Virus record (IMG/VR): IMGVR_UViG_3300037483_001148
Location: 1-64,000 of that record
Length of the DNA stretch: 64,000 nt
Reading direction: 5' to 3' (one strand)
From: a virus
A model generated the notes under the pieces. The model was not told the origin of the DNA. It worked only from the letters and a program-made list of their open reading frames with translations, and searched no databases. The position numbers and the translations under genes are program-made. Shown one piece after another: positions 30,281 through 43,798 of this stretch. The stretch's first letter is position 1; each line of letters begins with the position of its first letter.

Positions 30281-31213
30281 ATGACTACTGAAATTTTGGC
30301 CGAAAAAACTGAATCAGCGGATCAAACCGCTATTGTTGCCCCAGTCGCAACAGAGGAAATTAACCCGGTATCGGCTTTGCTTCACAAAAAAGCCGATTCC
30401 CTGATGGCTGATGGCAAAGCAAAAAAGCTAGCCGATGTGACTACACTCGGAGCAAAGCTGTCCAGCATTGCCGATAACGAGGAAAACCGGTTTAAGTCCC
30501 TTATGCAAGCTTTGGGGCTTTATGTCATCGTCGGCAATAGCGAGGAAATCGCCAAGTTAGAAGGTGACATTAGCAAGGCCAAAGACGCGCTTGTTAAGGC
30601 TGGCTTTCCAGAGGACAGCGATATTGTAAAATCGGCAATTAAGGGGTTATCGGCTGAACTTGAAAAGTCCCGAAAATCCACCAAAGACAATCTGTCTGAT
30701 CTGGCAAACTTTTTTGGCGTGAAGCTCGCCAAAAATCATGCCCCTTATGCCTCTACTGGTGATTTAGCTATGCGTCGGTATGCTGCCGGTGACATCCAAA
30801 AAAATGACTGGCTGATTAAAGACGGAGATAAAACCGCTATCGTGTGCCATAGTTCTACACTGGCAGACGAGGTATTAGCGCCCTTTAACGTCAAGCCCGG
30901 CAGCGAAAATTATCTCATGTTCGTGTATAACGGGGATTTACAGTATACCTCCGTCACTTCCAACGTCCCCGGCGAATCGGAAAAAATCGCTACTATCACG
31001 AATTATCCTCAAACCTATCTTGAGGTAAAGCCGCTACGGTTTGAATTGGACAGCTTAAGCGGTTTTGAAAAGACCTGCGTTTTGGCTTTACGAGGATTAA
31101 AGGCTACCGATGCTGCCGCCCAAAAAATCGCCCGTAATGGCTGGCAATCGAATTCCCGTATTGATGGGCAAGCGAAAATCGGAGTTAAGCGCGTTACCCG
31201 CACAAACGGTTAA
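30281..31213 (+). CDS. hypothetical protein, first gene after the non-coding gap
   Basis: AGGAG SD before ATG 30281; visibly more GC-rich than its neighbours; followed by its own terminator. Confidence 0.75.
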   Translation: MTTEILAEKTESADQTAIVAPVATEEINPVSALLHKKADSLMADGKAKKLADVTTLGAKLSSIADNEENRFKSLMQALGLYVIVGNSEEIAKLEGDISKAKDALVKAGFPEDSDIVKSAIKGLSAELEKSRKSTKDNLSDLANFFGVKLAKNHAPYASTGDLAMRRYAAGDIQKNDWLIKDGDKTAIVCHSSTLADEVLAPFNVKPGSENYLMFVYNGDLQYTSVTSNVPGESEKIATITNYPQTYLEVKPLRFELDSLSGFEKTCVLALRGLKATDAAAQKIARNGWQSNSRIDGQAKIGVKRVTRTNG

Positions 31214-31232
31214 TTCTTCCTCGCCTCGCCTT

Positions 31233-31270
31233 AAAGGGACAGAGTATAAGCTGCTCTGTCCCTTTTGCTT
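31233..31270 (+). terminator. intrinsic terminator
   Basis: AAAGGGACAGAG-loop-CTCTGTCCCTTTTGCTT. Confidence 0.8.
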
Positions 31271-32090
31271 TGTCTCAACTTTCCCCCCAGGTATGCCGCC
31301 GATAGATGGAGCAGGGACAGGGATAAATGACTAAGCCAGTGAGGATTATATTAAAGCCATGTAGAACAGTAAAACCGGAAAAAGCCGATTTACCTCTGTG
31401 CGTTCGTACAAGCCCCTACACGCGTTTTTAGGTCATTTAGGTATGATATGACCTAAAGTGAATATAAACGGCTATATTGCTCTTGAAAACCGGCTTAAAT
31501 GGCAAGCTAGAGGGAGTTGAGAAAGCCCCAAACTCTCAACGATCCACTACCGAAACATTTATGACACCATAAAATCATAAAATCAATAAATAACTTCACT
31601 ACCAAAGCGATTCAACAAATACTGACAGTTTTCCCCGTAATTTTGTCAGGAATTATATTTAACTGCATACAGGAGGATTAAAATGGCTACACTTGTGCAA
31701 TTTATACTGGATGATAGAAATATTGAGGAATTACGTAACAAGCTTGATGAGCTATTGGCTAAGAATGGAATGAGTGATGCTATCGGCTTAATTGAGCCTA
31801 TTTCTGACATTGAGGCCCAACAAAAAGCAAAGCAATGGTGGGAGACTACTAATAAGGATGCTTGGCATATAAACCCGGATATGTAATTATCGCTTCGCTC
31901 TTTATGGGGTGAGCGAGGTAATAATTATTTTTTGGAGGGTTGAAATGGAAATAATGTGGCCTACGGTATCTTATGGGACTTTGGTAGCTTGGAGGAGATA
32001 TACCTGGTATTTTGGTAGAAACTCAGGGATGACGCTTCAATGGCATCGGCTTGGTTTAACTGTGGTTATAACTGGAAATGGATGTGAGAA

Positions 32091-32342
32091 ATGAATTGTC
32101 ATCGTTGTGGTGTATGTTGTACGCTTATATCCATTAGCTCACCTATACCTGGTATGCCTTTGGGCAAACCGGCAGGAGAAATGTGTATCCATTTAGGGCA
32201 GGATAATTTATGTAAATTATTTGGTCATGTAGAACGACCATTGATTTGTTCTTCTTTCAAAGCAGAAGATTTTGTTTGTGGTAATAATGCGGCTGAAGCT
32301 GCTGTCAATATTAACTTTTTGGAAAACTACACTAGGAGCTAG
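32091..32342 (+). CDS. YkgJ-family CxxCxxCC cluster protein
   Basis: CHRCGVCC..ISISSPIPGMP.GKPAG..C.HL...C......RP.IC. Confidence 0.88.
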   Translation: MNCHRCGVCCTLISISSPIPGMPLGKPAGEMCIHLGQDNLCKLFGHVERPLICSSFKAEDFVCGNNAAEAAVNINFLENYTRS

Positions 32343-32344
32343 AA

Positions 32345-32476
32345 ATGTTAAAAAAATTCATTGAGATATTTGGTGATGTAATTTGTGCGTGGTGCGGAAA
32401 AAAACTGGGTACATGGGATGGTGAAGGTACTTCCCACGGAATCTGTAGTGATTGTGACAAGAAAATGGGAGTGTGA
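32345..32476 (+). CDS. small Zn-ribbon protein (not in ORF track)
   Basis: Hand translation ...VICAWCGKKLG...TSHGICSDC. Confidence 0.6.
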   Translation: MLKKFIEIFGDVICAWCGKKLGTWDGEGTSHGICSDCDKKMGV

Positions 32477-32622
32477 CATGACAGATGATGAAATGTTTAT
32501 CTGGATGACCAAACAAAACGCTAAACAGCTAATTCGGGTTTTCATTCGCTGGATCGGTTGTTTTAGTGGCTGTCCTAAACACGCTATTATCAGATTAACC
32601 AGTTTTGAAAAGGAATTGAAAG

Positions 32623-32973
32623 ATGACTAAGAAAACTCAAGAGGAATTGGTTGAAGCACGAGCTAACTTTCAGAAGCTTATGGAATTGGCTGAACACGAC
32701 CCATTAGGGGCTGTAGCCCTGGAAGTACCTAGCTTTTCATTAGCCTCCTTCACCAGGATTGAAGCATTGGCTGAAGCTACTGGATTAGGTGGTACACCTT
32801 ATATCCATTTTGCAACCTTCGATAAATGGATTGAACGTGGTTATTGTGTTCAAAAAGGCCAGAAAGCAGTTACCTCTGTAGTAACATTTATCGTTGTAGA
32901 AAAGGATGGTGAAAAGAAAAAACGGCCCTGGTCGTCCCATTTATTTCACATCTCTCAAGTAGCGGAGTTGTAA
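32623..32973 (+). CDS. ArdC N-terminal (DUF1738)-like ssDNA-binding antirestriction domain
   Basis: FATFDKW...G..VQKGQKA...LFHISQV. Confidence 0.75.
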   Translation: MTKKTQEELVEARANFQKLMELAEHDPLGAVALEVPSFSLASFTRIEALAEATGLGGTPYIHFATFDKWIERGYCVQKGQKAVTSVVTFIVVEKDGEKKKRPWSSHLFHISQVAEL

Positions 32974-33624
32974 AATGGATATTGCTGAAAAGTTGGTTGA
33001 ATACCCAAGAGTAATCAATCCTAAAAATATAGAGATTATTGCAAGAGGACGGACATTTCCGGCTTGTCTCTATACAGATAAGATTGATGAAACAGAAACT
33101 CTTTACATTGTTGGAGAACGATATTTTTTGAACAAAAATAAACCATGTCGCTTTGTTGATGATGGTAATGACATTTGGTTTATCGCCGCTTACAAAGATT
33201 TGCCAATTGAGGAACAGTTTAAGAAATACCATCCTTTTGGGGCAAATGTTATTCTAAAAAAAATATCGGCAGAAATGGCTAAACAAATTGGGCTATCACT
33301 GACAGAAGTAAAAATATATTTCTTGGAGGTAAAATGAATCAGCTTAGATTGGCTTTAGAGAAAAAGGATTTTGTCGGTTATGTTGGGGGAAATGGTTGTC
33401 TTAATTGTGGCCGAAAACTTCCCGAAAAAGTGGAGTTCAAAGCCGATGATAAGAAGTTCTGTTGTGTCGCTTGTGTCATTGCTTATCGAGCCAAGCAGAA
33501 CAAAATTTAATATCCGCTTTTGCTCCATTGAAAAAACAGTGGGGCAAGAGGAGGTATTAAAAATGTTTGAATCAATCGTTCATCGGCCTGATTTGAAAAG
33601 AGTCAAGCCAGTTAAAAATACAAT

Positions 33625-34062
33625 GTGGAAGGGCAAACAATGTCACCGGAACAACAATACGGGTTCAAATGGGAAAAGCGAATCAAAAAGATTTTGGAAA
33701 CGATGGGCTACACGGTTGAAATCCATCGTAGCTGGAATGATAAAATAGACTTGGTTATTGATTCGGCTTGCCTCTTACACGTCAAAGCGGCAAAAGCAAA
33801 GAAACACAGTAATGGCAAGGTAGTGAGAAATAGATACCAGTTTAATTTTCGTATGGTGGATAGTGGGCATGTGATTCTTGCTATATGTGATGCTGAAGAG
33901 CCAACCTTTTTTGTTATTCCAATCACTGAACCGAAATTATCTCTAAATGTAACATCCGGCAATCCGGTAGAATATACCGGTTGGGCTAAGAAGTACAAAA
34001 ATAATTGGGGATTATTAGAGCACATTGTTGCTCAATCCAAAGTGGAAGAAAGGGTATTTTAA
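33625..34062 (+). CDS. PD-(D/E)XK-like nuclease
   Basis: G..WE..I...L...GY.V...IDLVID....HVKA. Confidence 0.6.
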   Translation: MEGQTMSPEQQYGFKWEKRIKKILETMGYTVEIHRSWNDKIDLVIDSACLLHVKAAKAKKHSNGKVVRNRYQFNFRMVDSGHVILAICDAEEPTFFVIPITEPKLSLNVTSGNPVEYTGWAKKYKNNWGLLEHIVAQSKVEERVF

Positions 34063-36969
34063 TAATGGAAAACGAAGCTTTACGCTACTTGGCAACCGCT
34101 TTAATCTGGCTGGCAGTATGGCTGGCGAGGAAGAAATGAAAATAGAAACTGTTCAAATGGTCAAGGACTTAATCTATTCCGGCAGGGGTTGGAGTCTTAA
34201 TGATATTAAGATGGCTTTGATAATCCATGAGGGTATGCCTAATAACTGGGATACTCGCCAGAAAGCCAGCCAACTGGAACAACTTATTGTTCGTTTCAAA
34301 AATGCTCGTGCTGAGAGCTACTTTGAACAAATGAACTATCATCGCTGGCAAAGGATGAATAATCTTATTACTCAAAAAGTTGTAAATGGATTAGCTGTCA
34401 CCCAGGCCGAAAAGATTCATTGCTGTCGAGCTTTGTTAAAAGCTGAAATGTTTGTTTATGAGGAGGTATCATGTCAAGAGTTAAAATCGTAAATCCAAAC
34501 ATAATGAGGGACGGTTTAACTAATTTGAGCGAATCGGTTAAACCGGCTCAACCCGCTTATGAGAGAGGAATCGTTTTGGGGATAGTAACTGTGCTAATGG
34601 CTCAAGGTAAATCGTTTGAGCAAACAGTTGAATTTCTTAAACCCTATTTACCCAAAGATTTACGTATTTCTTCTATTCCTGTATCCTGGCAAGAGGAGTT
34701 TGAAAAATGCTTAAAAAGCTGACTGTAATTAAGGATGTAAAACTGGTCATTGAGGGTATGCCTTCAATCTGGATGACCGGCGAGGAGATTCTGCTGGAAT
34801 TGATACTGACCAATGATCTAACTCTGGCGTTTATGGCTAACCCCTATTTCATTCATATCTGTGAAGAACTGGGGGCGACCCATTGGGAAGTAACGGATGT
34901 GCCTGTGCAAAGCACATTACCTAAGTTTCCGGCTAATTTTTATGGGCCAGTAACTTATCATGGAGGTGACTAAATGACTCTGGAAGAATTTTTGGATAGT
35001 GAACTAAGTTTGCAGGACATTTTTAATCAAACCTATGAATTAGTCGGCCAATTGTGCTATGACTGGCCTATATGGGAAATTGATTACAAAGATTCCAACT
35101 ATTTGTGGAATGCCTATGATCTTTACCCCAACTATTTGCAAGACAATATAACTGGGCGGGTGTCATTACGACAGGCAATTGAGTTTGATGTAACAGAGTT
35201 TGTGCTGGATTTTTATAACACAGTTCAGGCCATTGTGGAAAAGTATAGCCGGGTCTGTTTTCATTCTAACTCTAATCCCTATAAATCGATAACCACTTGT
35301 CAAACTGTTCAAACTAAAGACTATGGCATGTATACCTGGACGTATGAAAACGGAATGATTCATTTTTATCTGGTGTAAAAAAGTCTGAACGTGGACTTTT
35401 ATTTATGTAAATAGGAGGATAAATGTTTATAGGTAAGCACGTATTAGAAATTGAAAACGTTGGAATCTCTCTTGGTTCTTCAACCGGCGCGGGTTTGTAT
35501 TGCAAGAATCATGATCTGCTAGTCACCCGAAATGGAATAGTAGTTCTCGAAACTGAATATTATGAAGTAGCCAATGAAAAGTACCTGGCTGTTGAGGCTG
35601 AACTGAATCGGCTCGATACCATTCTTTCTCTCAAACCTGGTCAGAAACTTGAAGAGGGAATTATCCGGTATGTAGGAGCTACCGACGACAGAATTGCCAT
35701 GTACAGATTCGGTTTTGTATATGATGAAGCTAACCACCAAAGCTGGTACATGACCACAGTAATGCCAAAAGAACACTTTAGACAACTTAGGAGAAAATAA
35801 TGCTATATGTGTACTTCTGTAGTTTCATAAATAGCAAGGGAATGGGGTTTGGCCGTTGTGAATATAACACTGACAAACCTATAACCAGTGTTGATAGTGT
35901 TGAGAAAATGGAAGAACTCATAAAAGTAGGTAATAAATTCGATGGAGTCTCTGTCATTAACTTTCAGTTATTAAAAGAGGAACAGGAAAATGAATCAGTT
36001 TGATTATGTGGGCAGAGATGTCATTACTGATTTTCTAGCCGTTTCAGTACGTGATTTACGTCCAGCCAATGATGGTGAATATGTAGAATTACCCAACACA
36101 GGTGGCAGCGACTATTCCGGTGATACTACTACAATTGCTAATTACAAAACATTATTGGTTGACTATGCTGATCTATTAGGTAAGTCAATGTGGAAGATAA
36201 CGGGCGGGCATTACACATATGGGTTGGTCTTCTACTGGCCTTCATTAACCACCGAACAACAAGTACAATTGGAAATATTGGATAATGCTCTGGAAGATTA
36301 TCCTATCCTGGATGAGATGGAATGGGCAGAGGTTGAAAATGATTTGGTTGATGAAGCCTGGGATAGCTGGCTAGGGAGTGACATCCAACGTCATTTGAAC
36401 AAACTCTTTTGGAATGAAGTATCCGGTTGGTATGTGGAGTTTGACAATACCCCGGCTCTTCGCGAAATGACAGAGGCGTTTATGGATAAGCGAAACTTCT
36501 GTTACGAGTTTGAGACAGCCGGAAATGTTCACCTGGACATTGAAAGATTGTTTCCTAATGCCTACACACTTTATTCTTCGCCCTCGATGGTGAAAGCCGA
36601 CAAGACCATTGAAAAAGAGGCAGCGTAGGGCAATCGTACAGCAACAATGGGCTATGTGTGGTACACTTAATACTTCAGGAGGATAATATTATGTCAGTAG
36701 TAAGAAATGGCAAGCAAGCCAAAAATTCACGGCGCAAGATAGTTTTAGCTCGTTTAGAGGAAAATGTCAGTACAGAACATGCTACTCATCGGTATCTCGG
36801 TGAACAAGTTTACCCCAAACTGGATGATCATGACATTGCCAGAATCAAACGAGAAATCGCTGTTTTACGCCAACGTATTTTTTAATTAACCTGTCTGTTC
36901 CTCATTTACCGCTTCGCGTGGTGGTAAGTAGGGAACGGAGAGATTTAATTAGTCATTAGGAGAAAACTC

Positions 36970-38478
36970 ATGGAAACCGTAAAAGTACCAAAATATCATT
37001 TCAAACAACGAATCACTCAGCAATATAACAATGTGCCTCTGGCAATCCTGAGAGAGCTAATTCAAAACTCACGTGATGCCGGAGCAAAGAATATGTGGTT
37101 TGAATTTGAGGATGGCAAGTTCATCTGCAAGGATGACGGCCATTCAATGACCGAGGCCGAGTTCAGAGAATATTATCTCAATCTCGGCGGCACTTACAAA
37201 CGAACGGACAGCATTGGTGGTTTTGGAGCAGCAAAAGAATTGACTTTTGCTGCCGATAAGTGGACAGCCATAGGCCGTAATTTCATTTGTAATGGCGAAG
37301 GATGCCATTACGATATTTCCCCCTTTCCCCCCCAAAACGGTTTTATCTTAGCCGCTTCTGATTCCTCTTACACCAAAAGCCGATTTGAATCGATGCTGTG
37401 GCATATCTGCCGTAAATCGGTTTTGCCCCTTACTATTTGGTTGGATGGTAAAGAAGTCTCACAAGGTAGAAAGTTACGAGCTAATCAAATGTTATGGGAC
37501 TTTGGTTTTGCTCGTTTGTATTCCCCCCGTAAGGCTGATTTTCCAGGTGAAAACGTTGGCTACAAAGTCATTCGGACTAAGGGGCTAATGACTCGCGAAG
37601 AATATATCGGTGGTGACTTTATTGTTTACCTGGAAATTGACGATCCGCTAAAGATTCTCACCGAGAACCGTGAATCAATCCGTGAAGAATACGCCAAAAA
37701 GCTTAACGAGGAAATTCAAGCTCTAATTAAACGAGGCTTGGAGCGAAAAGCCGAAGTCAAGCAAATAACGCTGTATGGTATTCCAAAGAAGCGTTCTTAT
37801 GTTCCATCATCTAATAACGGGCATGGGTTAGCTTACAATGCTGCCGGGGATGTTGTATCTGCTTACAACGAAGTGGAGTATGAAAGTGAAGTAGGGAAAT
37901 GGCCGGTAGCACCTGATGAGCCAGGAGATGAGGAATCCGTTGACGAAAATCCCATTGTCTCAGAACTGGATGCTAAAGCTTTACAAACCATCGAAACTGC
38001 CCAAACAGAAATGGGAATGATGAAGTTTGCTCACAAGCAGCTTCAACATTGGCAGTACCCATTTGCGATTGTGGAGGACGGTCAAAAAGCCGTCCAGACT
38101 TTCACCAGGGAAGGTACATTGACTGAGAAAGCAAAAAAAGCGTTGACCATCGCTCTAACCCTCAACAAAATGATTTGCTCAGAACTGCACATCCAAGTGC
38201 CCATTCCGGCACTCTTGTTCTCCAATAGTGAAAATGGGGTTCATACGACTACCGGGCCGTATGAATTGATTGGCTATGACCCTGATATTCTGGTGGGGGA
38301 AAAGACGTTTGAAGGAACGCCATTCGGAGTCCTGGAATTGGTTATTCACGAAATAACGCACCACTATCACAGTGACCATTCCCAAACCTACGAAACAAAG
38401 CGAATGGAAATCGCCCGGCAAATTGGGTCAAAGGTCGAGGCTTATTTGATGGTAATAAAGGGGTTACAAAATGCTTGA
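36970..38478 (+). CDS. GHKL ATPase with C-terminal HExxH zincin domain
   Basis: LRELIQNSRDAGA, DDG.SM, GGFGAAK; IHEITHH...H. Confidence 0.82.
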   Translation: METVKVPKYHFKQRITQQYNNVPLAILRELIQNSRDAGAKNMWFEFEDGKFICKDDGHSMTEAEFREYYLNLGGTYKRTDSIGGFGAAKELTFAADKWTAIGRNFICNGEGCHYDISPFPPQNGFILAASDSSYTKSRFESMLWHICRKSVLPLTIWLDGKEVSQGRKLRANQMLWDFGFARLYSPRKADFPGENVGYKVIRTKGLMTREEYIGGDFIVYLEIDDPLKILTENRESIREEYAKKLNEEIQALIKRGLERKAEVKQITLYGIPKKRSYVPSSNNGHGLAYNAAGDVVSAYNEVEYESEVGKWPVAPDEPGDEESVDENPIVSELDAKALQTIETAQTEMGMMKFAHKQLQHWQYPFAIVEDGQKAVQTFTREGTLTEKAKKALTIALTLNKMICSELHIQVPIPALLFSNSENGVHTTTGPYELIGYDPDILVGEKTFEGTPFGVLELVIHEITHHYHSDHSQTYETKRMEIARQIGSKVEAYLMVIKGLQNA

Positions 38479-41400
38479 ATGGTGGGTACACTCAACAGCA
38501 AAACCAACTAATCATCGGTCAAAAGTAGGGCCATTTCTTTCTGTTATAGAAGCGGCTCAATACACTCAAGAGTATAGACCGGCTGAACAGTGGAAGAAAA
38601 TATCCATTACCGGAAGAACCGCAAACTATTTTCGATTGTGGACAATTTTGGGTGATACACCGGTTAATGAGGCTGAGGAAATTGAGATTGATTTTCTTAA
38701 CTTTCCTAAAGGCACACACCGAGAAACTATCTGGCATTGGTTTGAGGAAACTTTCAACGTAGTTATCAACGACAAAATGGAGTTAGAAAATGCTTAAAGA
38801 TGTCCTGTTAGCCCATAGGCTCTATAAATCCCAAGAAATTCATTTAGCTGCCTTTGTCATTCGGGATTTGCCGGAAACAAAAGAATTGGGCTTGGATAAT
38901 TTAGCCTGGGCGGTTTATAACGATTCTTGTCCTACGGCTGGTGATATAAAACCGATGTTGAAAGAACTATTAAATTATCACGGCCTATCATGGGAACAAG
39001 CCGAAAGTAACTACAAAGGAGAATGATCATGTCTGCTGAGTTTGTAAAATTTACTGATGATACACTGGAAAACACAAAAAAGTTAGCTGAAGGAGTAAAG
39101 GGTATTAAATGTGTTTATGTTGGTTCACCATCGGGAGTGCCGGTAGCTCACCAGATGGTTCATTTAACTGAAGTGTTGGAAGCTTTAGAGAACATCCCCC
39201 CCATTGTAAAGTTTGGTGGTTGTGAAGTATACGCCAACCAGTATGCCAATTATTTTGTCAGAGATGTAAGTGAAAAGGTGATCGGCTTTATCCGCTATAC
39301 TCCTGAACAAGAAACGCATACTCAATTTTGGAGTGCTGAGGGATTCTGGCGCAGCCAGCTAGCCCAAAGCAAAGAGGATAAATCCATTTTGCCAATCCTT
39401 GCGGAAGCTGAAAAAATCCCCTTAACCGGTCATGAGATGAATGACATCGAAGGCTTGCTCAGGCAAGCTTATCGAGCCGGAGCTAATTCCTGGTTTGGAG
39501 AAGAATGATTATGGCAACAATTTACACCCCCAACGGCCCTGAAGAATGGTCCGACAACGATCTTCGTTTGCACGTTTACCGAGCATTAAAGATAGCGGCT
39601 GAAAGAATCGGGTTCAACGGCTGGAAAGCCGAATGTAAACGGCGCAAGCTGAATCCGACTGAAGCTGTTCAGCAAACGTTTTTTGTGTGGGTTAAGGGTT
39701 ATCCACATTCTGACCCGCGCTCTATGAAAATGGTGGTTAAGCCTCGTTCAATCTACACACCTACCGAGGCGCATGAGGAAATCATAGAGGCAATGAGTAA
39801 AGTCCTGAGTGGTGAGTTAAGCCCAAATGATGCTATGCTTTTATTACATCGTGGTGATATTTTAGAAATGAGGACAAAATGAAAGCTATACTAATTGTTG
39901 AAAATGACACGGTAATCCATGAGCTACTTGTCCCCAATGGTGAAGTAGATTATTGGGGATCAGTCATTGGCCGGTGGGGTGGTGAAACAATTGAGCCACA
40001 AGATAACTCTCACGTACCATTCTATCCAGCTAAAATCCCACCGGATATGGCGACTATTCAATGCTTGAATCGGTTTTACCCCCAAGCTGAAGTCAAATGG
40101 TTGGTTGACAATTCTTATGTGCTGGAAGCGTGTGTTACTTTGAGTCAGCACCCGAAACACTTTCAATACTGGTACAAAAATTCTACGATGGAATGGCTCA
40201 AACGATGTAAACATTGTGCTGGTGATTATGATATGTTGGAAAACTTGGGCTACAAACCGGCTGAGAAAGTCTACATCCATTTAGAAGGCTGTCCGGCTAT
40301 AAGAACAACGGGATTGTAATGCACCGGTTAAGGTTTATAATCCGCAATTGGTTTATAGTCATGTGGATCGAGTTCTTATCAATGAGGCAGAAGGAAATAA
40401 AGAAATGATTACCAAAGATGAAATTAAATTCCAAAACGATTTTTTGAGAGTGCAATTTAACGGCGATATGGTTGAAGATAGACTTGATGATTTTAATTCT
40501 ATCACTCGCCGGGAACTGGAACATTACGTCGAAACCCACCAGGAAACATGGGTTGGCAAAATCAACCTGTACGGCAATGACACGGCTGACCTGGTAAAGT
40601 TAGGTCCAGGGGATTTTATCTACAATTTTCAATATAACTATGCTGTGCCGTTTAATGACGAATGTTTGCGGCTTATGGTCGATCAGCGTAAAGAAGCACC
40701 TTACACCGGCACTCAGCAAGACTTGGTGTTTATTGAAGCTATCATTAACAGAATCTACCAAATCAACGGTATCTTACTCAATTGGGCATAGGAGAAGAAA
40801 ATGTACGATTATCAACTGCATGTAGAAAAAGCCAAGAAAAGTTTAGCCGAAGCGGAGAGACATGCGGCACTCATTCAAAAAGCCACGATTCTTCTTCCAC
40901 CTGGTTTGCCTATAAATCGAATACATCCTCATACCTACAAGGGGGATGTATCAATTGAAATGGCTGTCGATGATAGAAATCAAGTATTACCTTTGGCCAA
41001 AATCACCGGCGCAGTACCATTAGTTGTTTATAAGGATAGCTGTACAGCGTTATTTCCGGCTGAAAAACTAACGGATCGGGGGCGAGAACGAGGCAAGTAT
41101 TTTGAGTTTTCCCCATCTATTTGGTGGGAAGCCGAGTATCATTATTGGTGGGACGGTTCAACCCATGCTCAAGCTATATGGTATTTTAAGCTTGAGGATT
41201 TAATGGTTAAAGCTGAATGTATTATTACTAAAGACCCATCCAGAATTTGGGAGGAGATTGTCAGAAATAACCAGCAGCAAATAATGAGTCGCATGTGGAT
41301 ATTTGAAAACTTTCCAGAAGGTGAATTGATTCGATTTGCTTCGGGTGAGCGTAGTAAACCAGGTAAACAGGTAAAATACAATTTGAGGGGGGAAGAATGG

Positions 41401-43798
41401 GAGTAATAGGCATAATTCTAAACAGAGAAGAAATAAACAAAATGCGCTATCCAGTTGTAGTAGAAATGTGGAGTAAAGCTGTTGGGGCATCTGCTTATGG
41501 TAGTATTCGCCGTAAATTTCATGCGGAGTTTACCGAACCGGAACGAATCAAAGCCCGTAAAATCCACAACACATTTTATAGATGGTATCTTAAAACGGGT
41601 ACTCCCCAACAACTTGTAGTTAAATTAGATGCAAAGGAAACTTATAATCCACAAGATGATTTACCCATTGATCCTATACCAATTCAAAACACAAGCCAGT
41701 ATGCGTATTTGTGGACAATAAGCACTTTCCATTTAGCTCGTAGGTTAATCAACTTTTTTGGTACATTATAAAGGGAGAATGATCATGTCGATTCCACGCA
41801 AACAAACCAAACAACAGAATAACCGTAACAAACGGCGGCAAGCGGCTCGGCAGCGTTACGCCAAGTTTCATTGGAATTTGAAACATCCCTCCACCAAGCC
41901 GGAAGAATTGGAAGAGAAAAAAGACCAGAAGCAAGAGGAAATTGCTCATCAACCCATTGAGCCGGTTACGGCTGCACCTGTTATCGTTCCAAAATCCCGG
42001 CAGAAGGTGTAAAATGAAAACAAAACAACAAGTAGCTGCTGAACAGGCTACCGGCTGTTCAGGTGCGGGTGATTATGCACTTTGGGCCAAACAACAAGGC
42101 TATCCTTTTTGTCAGGTATGGGATTGGACTTCGAGTGCCGGTGACTGGACATTTTTGGTCAGCCAGGACGGAAACGAATGGTTCTGGATGACCCAAACAA
42201 ATAACTTCCCTTTTTCAGGATTCACCCGAACCATTGATAAATCCCATTCCTATACTGGCTCATGGGAAGAAGTTCAGAGCCAAATAACAATGGAGTTTCT
42301 TCGCCTCACTGGACCGACAACCGCAAAAGAAAAATGGCTGTTGGCTTGTGAATGGGATGAGGTTGATCCCAATGAAAAGTTTGTTGTCTTTTCAGAAGGA
42401 AACCCCTACCTATGAACACAGAAATTGAAGCTGAGTTATGGGCATTGGATGAAATATACACCAAAAGAGGTCATGATATTAGCACGTGGACTGAGTTTAA
42501 CATTCAACAGTTTGCTTCATCTCAAGCATTGTATAAGCTGCATAAGTTCATTTACGACAATCCCGGCCAAATTAAGAAATACATTTCCCTGGTCAGGCTG
42601 GCTAATTTAACCAAAAAGCAGCTTTTAGAAATGCTGCCGGAAGCTAAAAAATCGTCCAAACGAATCACTCTATATAGACAAGTCCGAGCTAACTGGGAGA
42701 AGGAAAATGCCTAAAATTGTCGTTCTAAACGAAAACACGCTTGGCTATCTGTTCAACATAGATGAGTTTTTGTGGTTGGGTATTTTAGATGGCAGCGTTA
42801 TTCGTGGCGGGCATAGTTGGTTAAATGGTCCTGTTGCTGTTATTCAGCCTATTGATAAAATTAGACCAGCCACCCAAAAGGATTTCAAAGAGTATCGAGT
42901 ATCACCAGGAGAGTATTTCTAATGGGTCGCTATCGGGTTGATATTAAAATAGATACATTTCCCAAATCAAAGAATTATGGAAAGGCATTTTGGTTTAGTA
43001 TCCACGATAAAGTAAAAAATAAATCAGTAGCCAATTCTATTATTGATGATCTGGACATGTATTGCCGAGCCTACAAAATAAAAAGAGGTGAAAATGACAA
43101 GACTATCGTTCAAGCAAGTAAATGAAGAGTTTGATCGTATCAGAGAAATAGCCCCTCTGTATGATCTTCGGCTCAATGATAGCCGAGTGGGGGGCTGTAT
43201 GATTGTAGAGCTACAAAAACAGGGTAGTTCCGCTTCCAAGCGGCAAATATTTAGTGGTGATTTGAAGGAATGTTCAGCTTGGATAGCCGGTTTTATGGCA
43301 CATTTCTATGCCATTGAAACGAGGGTGAAGAATGAAATGAAGAGACGTGAAAAAGAACGTGACAAACTAAAAATAGAACTATATGTAGCTATTGAGGAAT
43401 ATCCTTTAGTAAGGTTTAGCCAAATAAATAAAGCAATGACAGAACTATCTATAGGAATCGGTACACTGAAGTTTGTATTGGGGAGGGATGTTGAAAATGT
43501 GGAATCTTGAATTTCAAAACGGTGATGATCCCATGCAAATGGCTGAGAAGTTGGAATTAGCAGGATATACTAAAGAAGAGTGGGGGGGTGAAGAAGTATT
43601 TATAAAACAAGTTGGTGGCTTGCTGCTTAGGTGGCAGCTTGAGGAAACGATCATCATTGAAGTGCTTCGTATTGGCGGGGCGCTGATTGGCAACCAGCAA
43701 GTTTGCATCGTACATTTTGATAGCAGTTTTTATACTGATCCGGTAAGCAAATTTGAAGACGCAATTCTCGATATGTACAAGACATTAGAGGGGTTATT

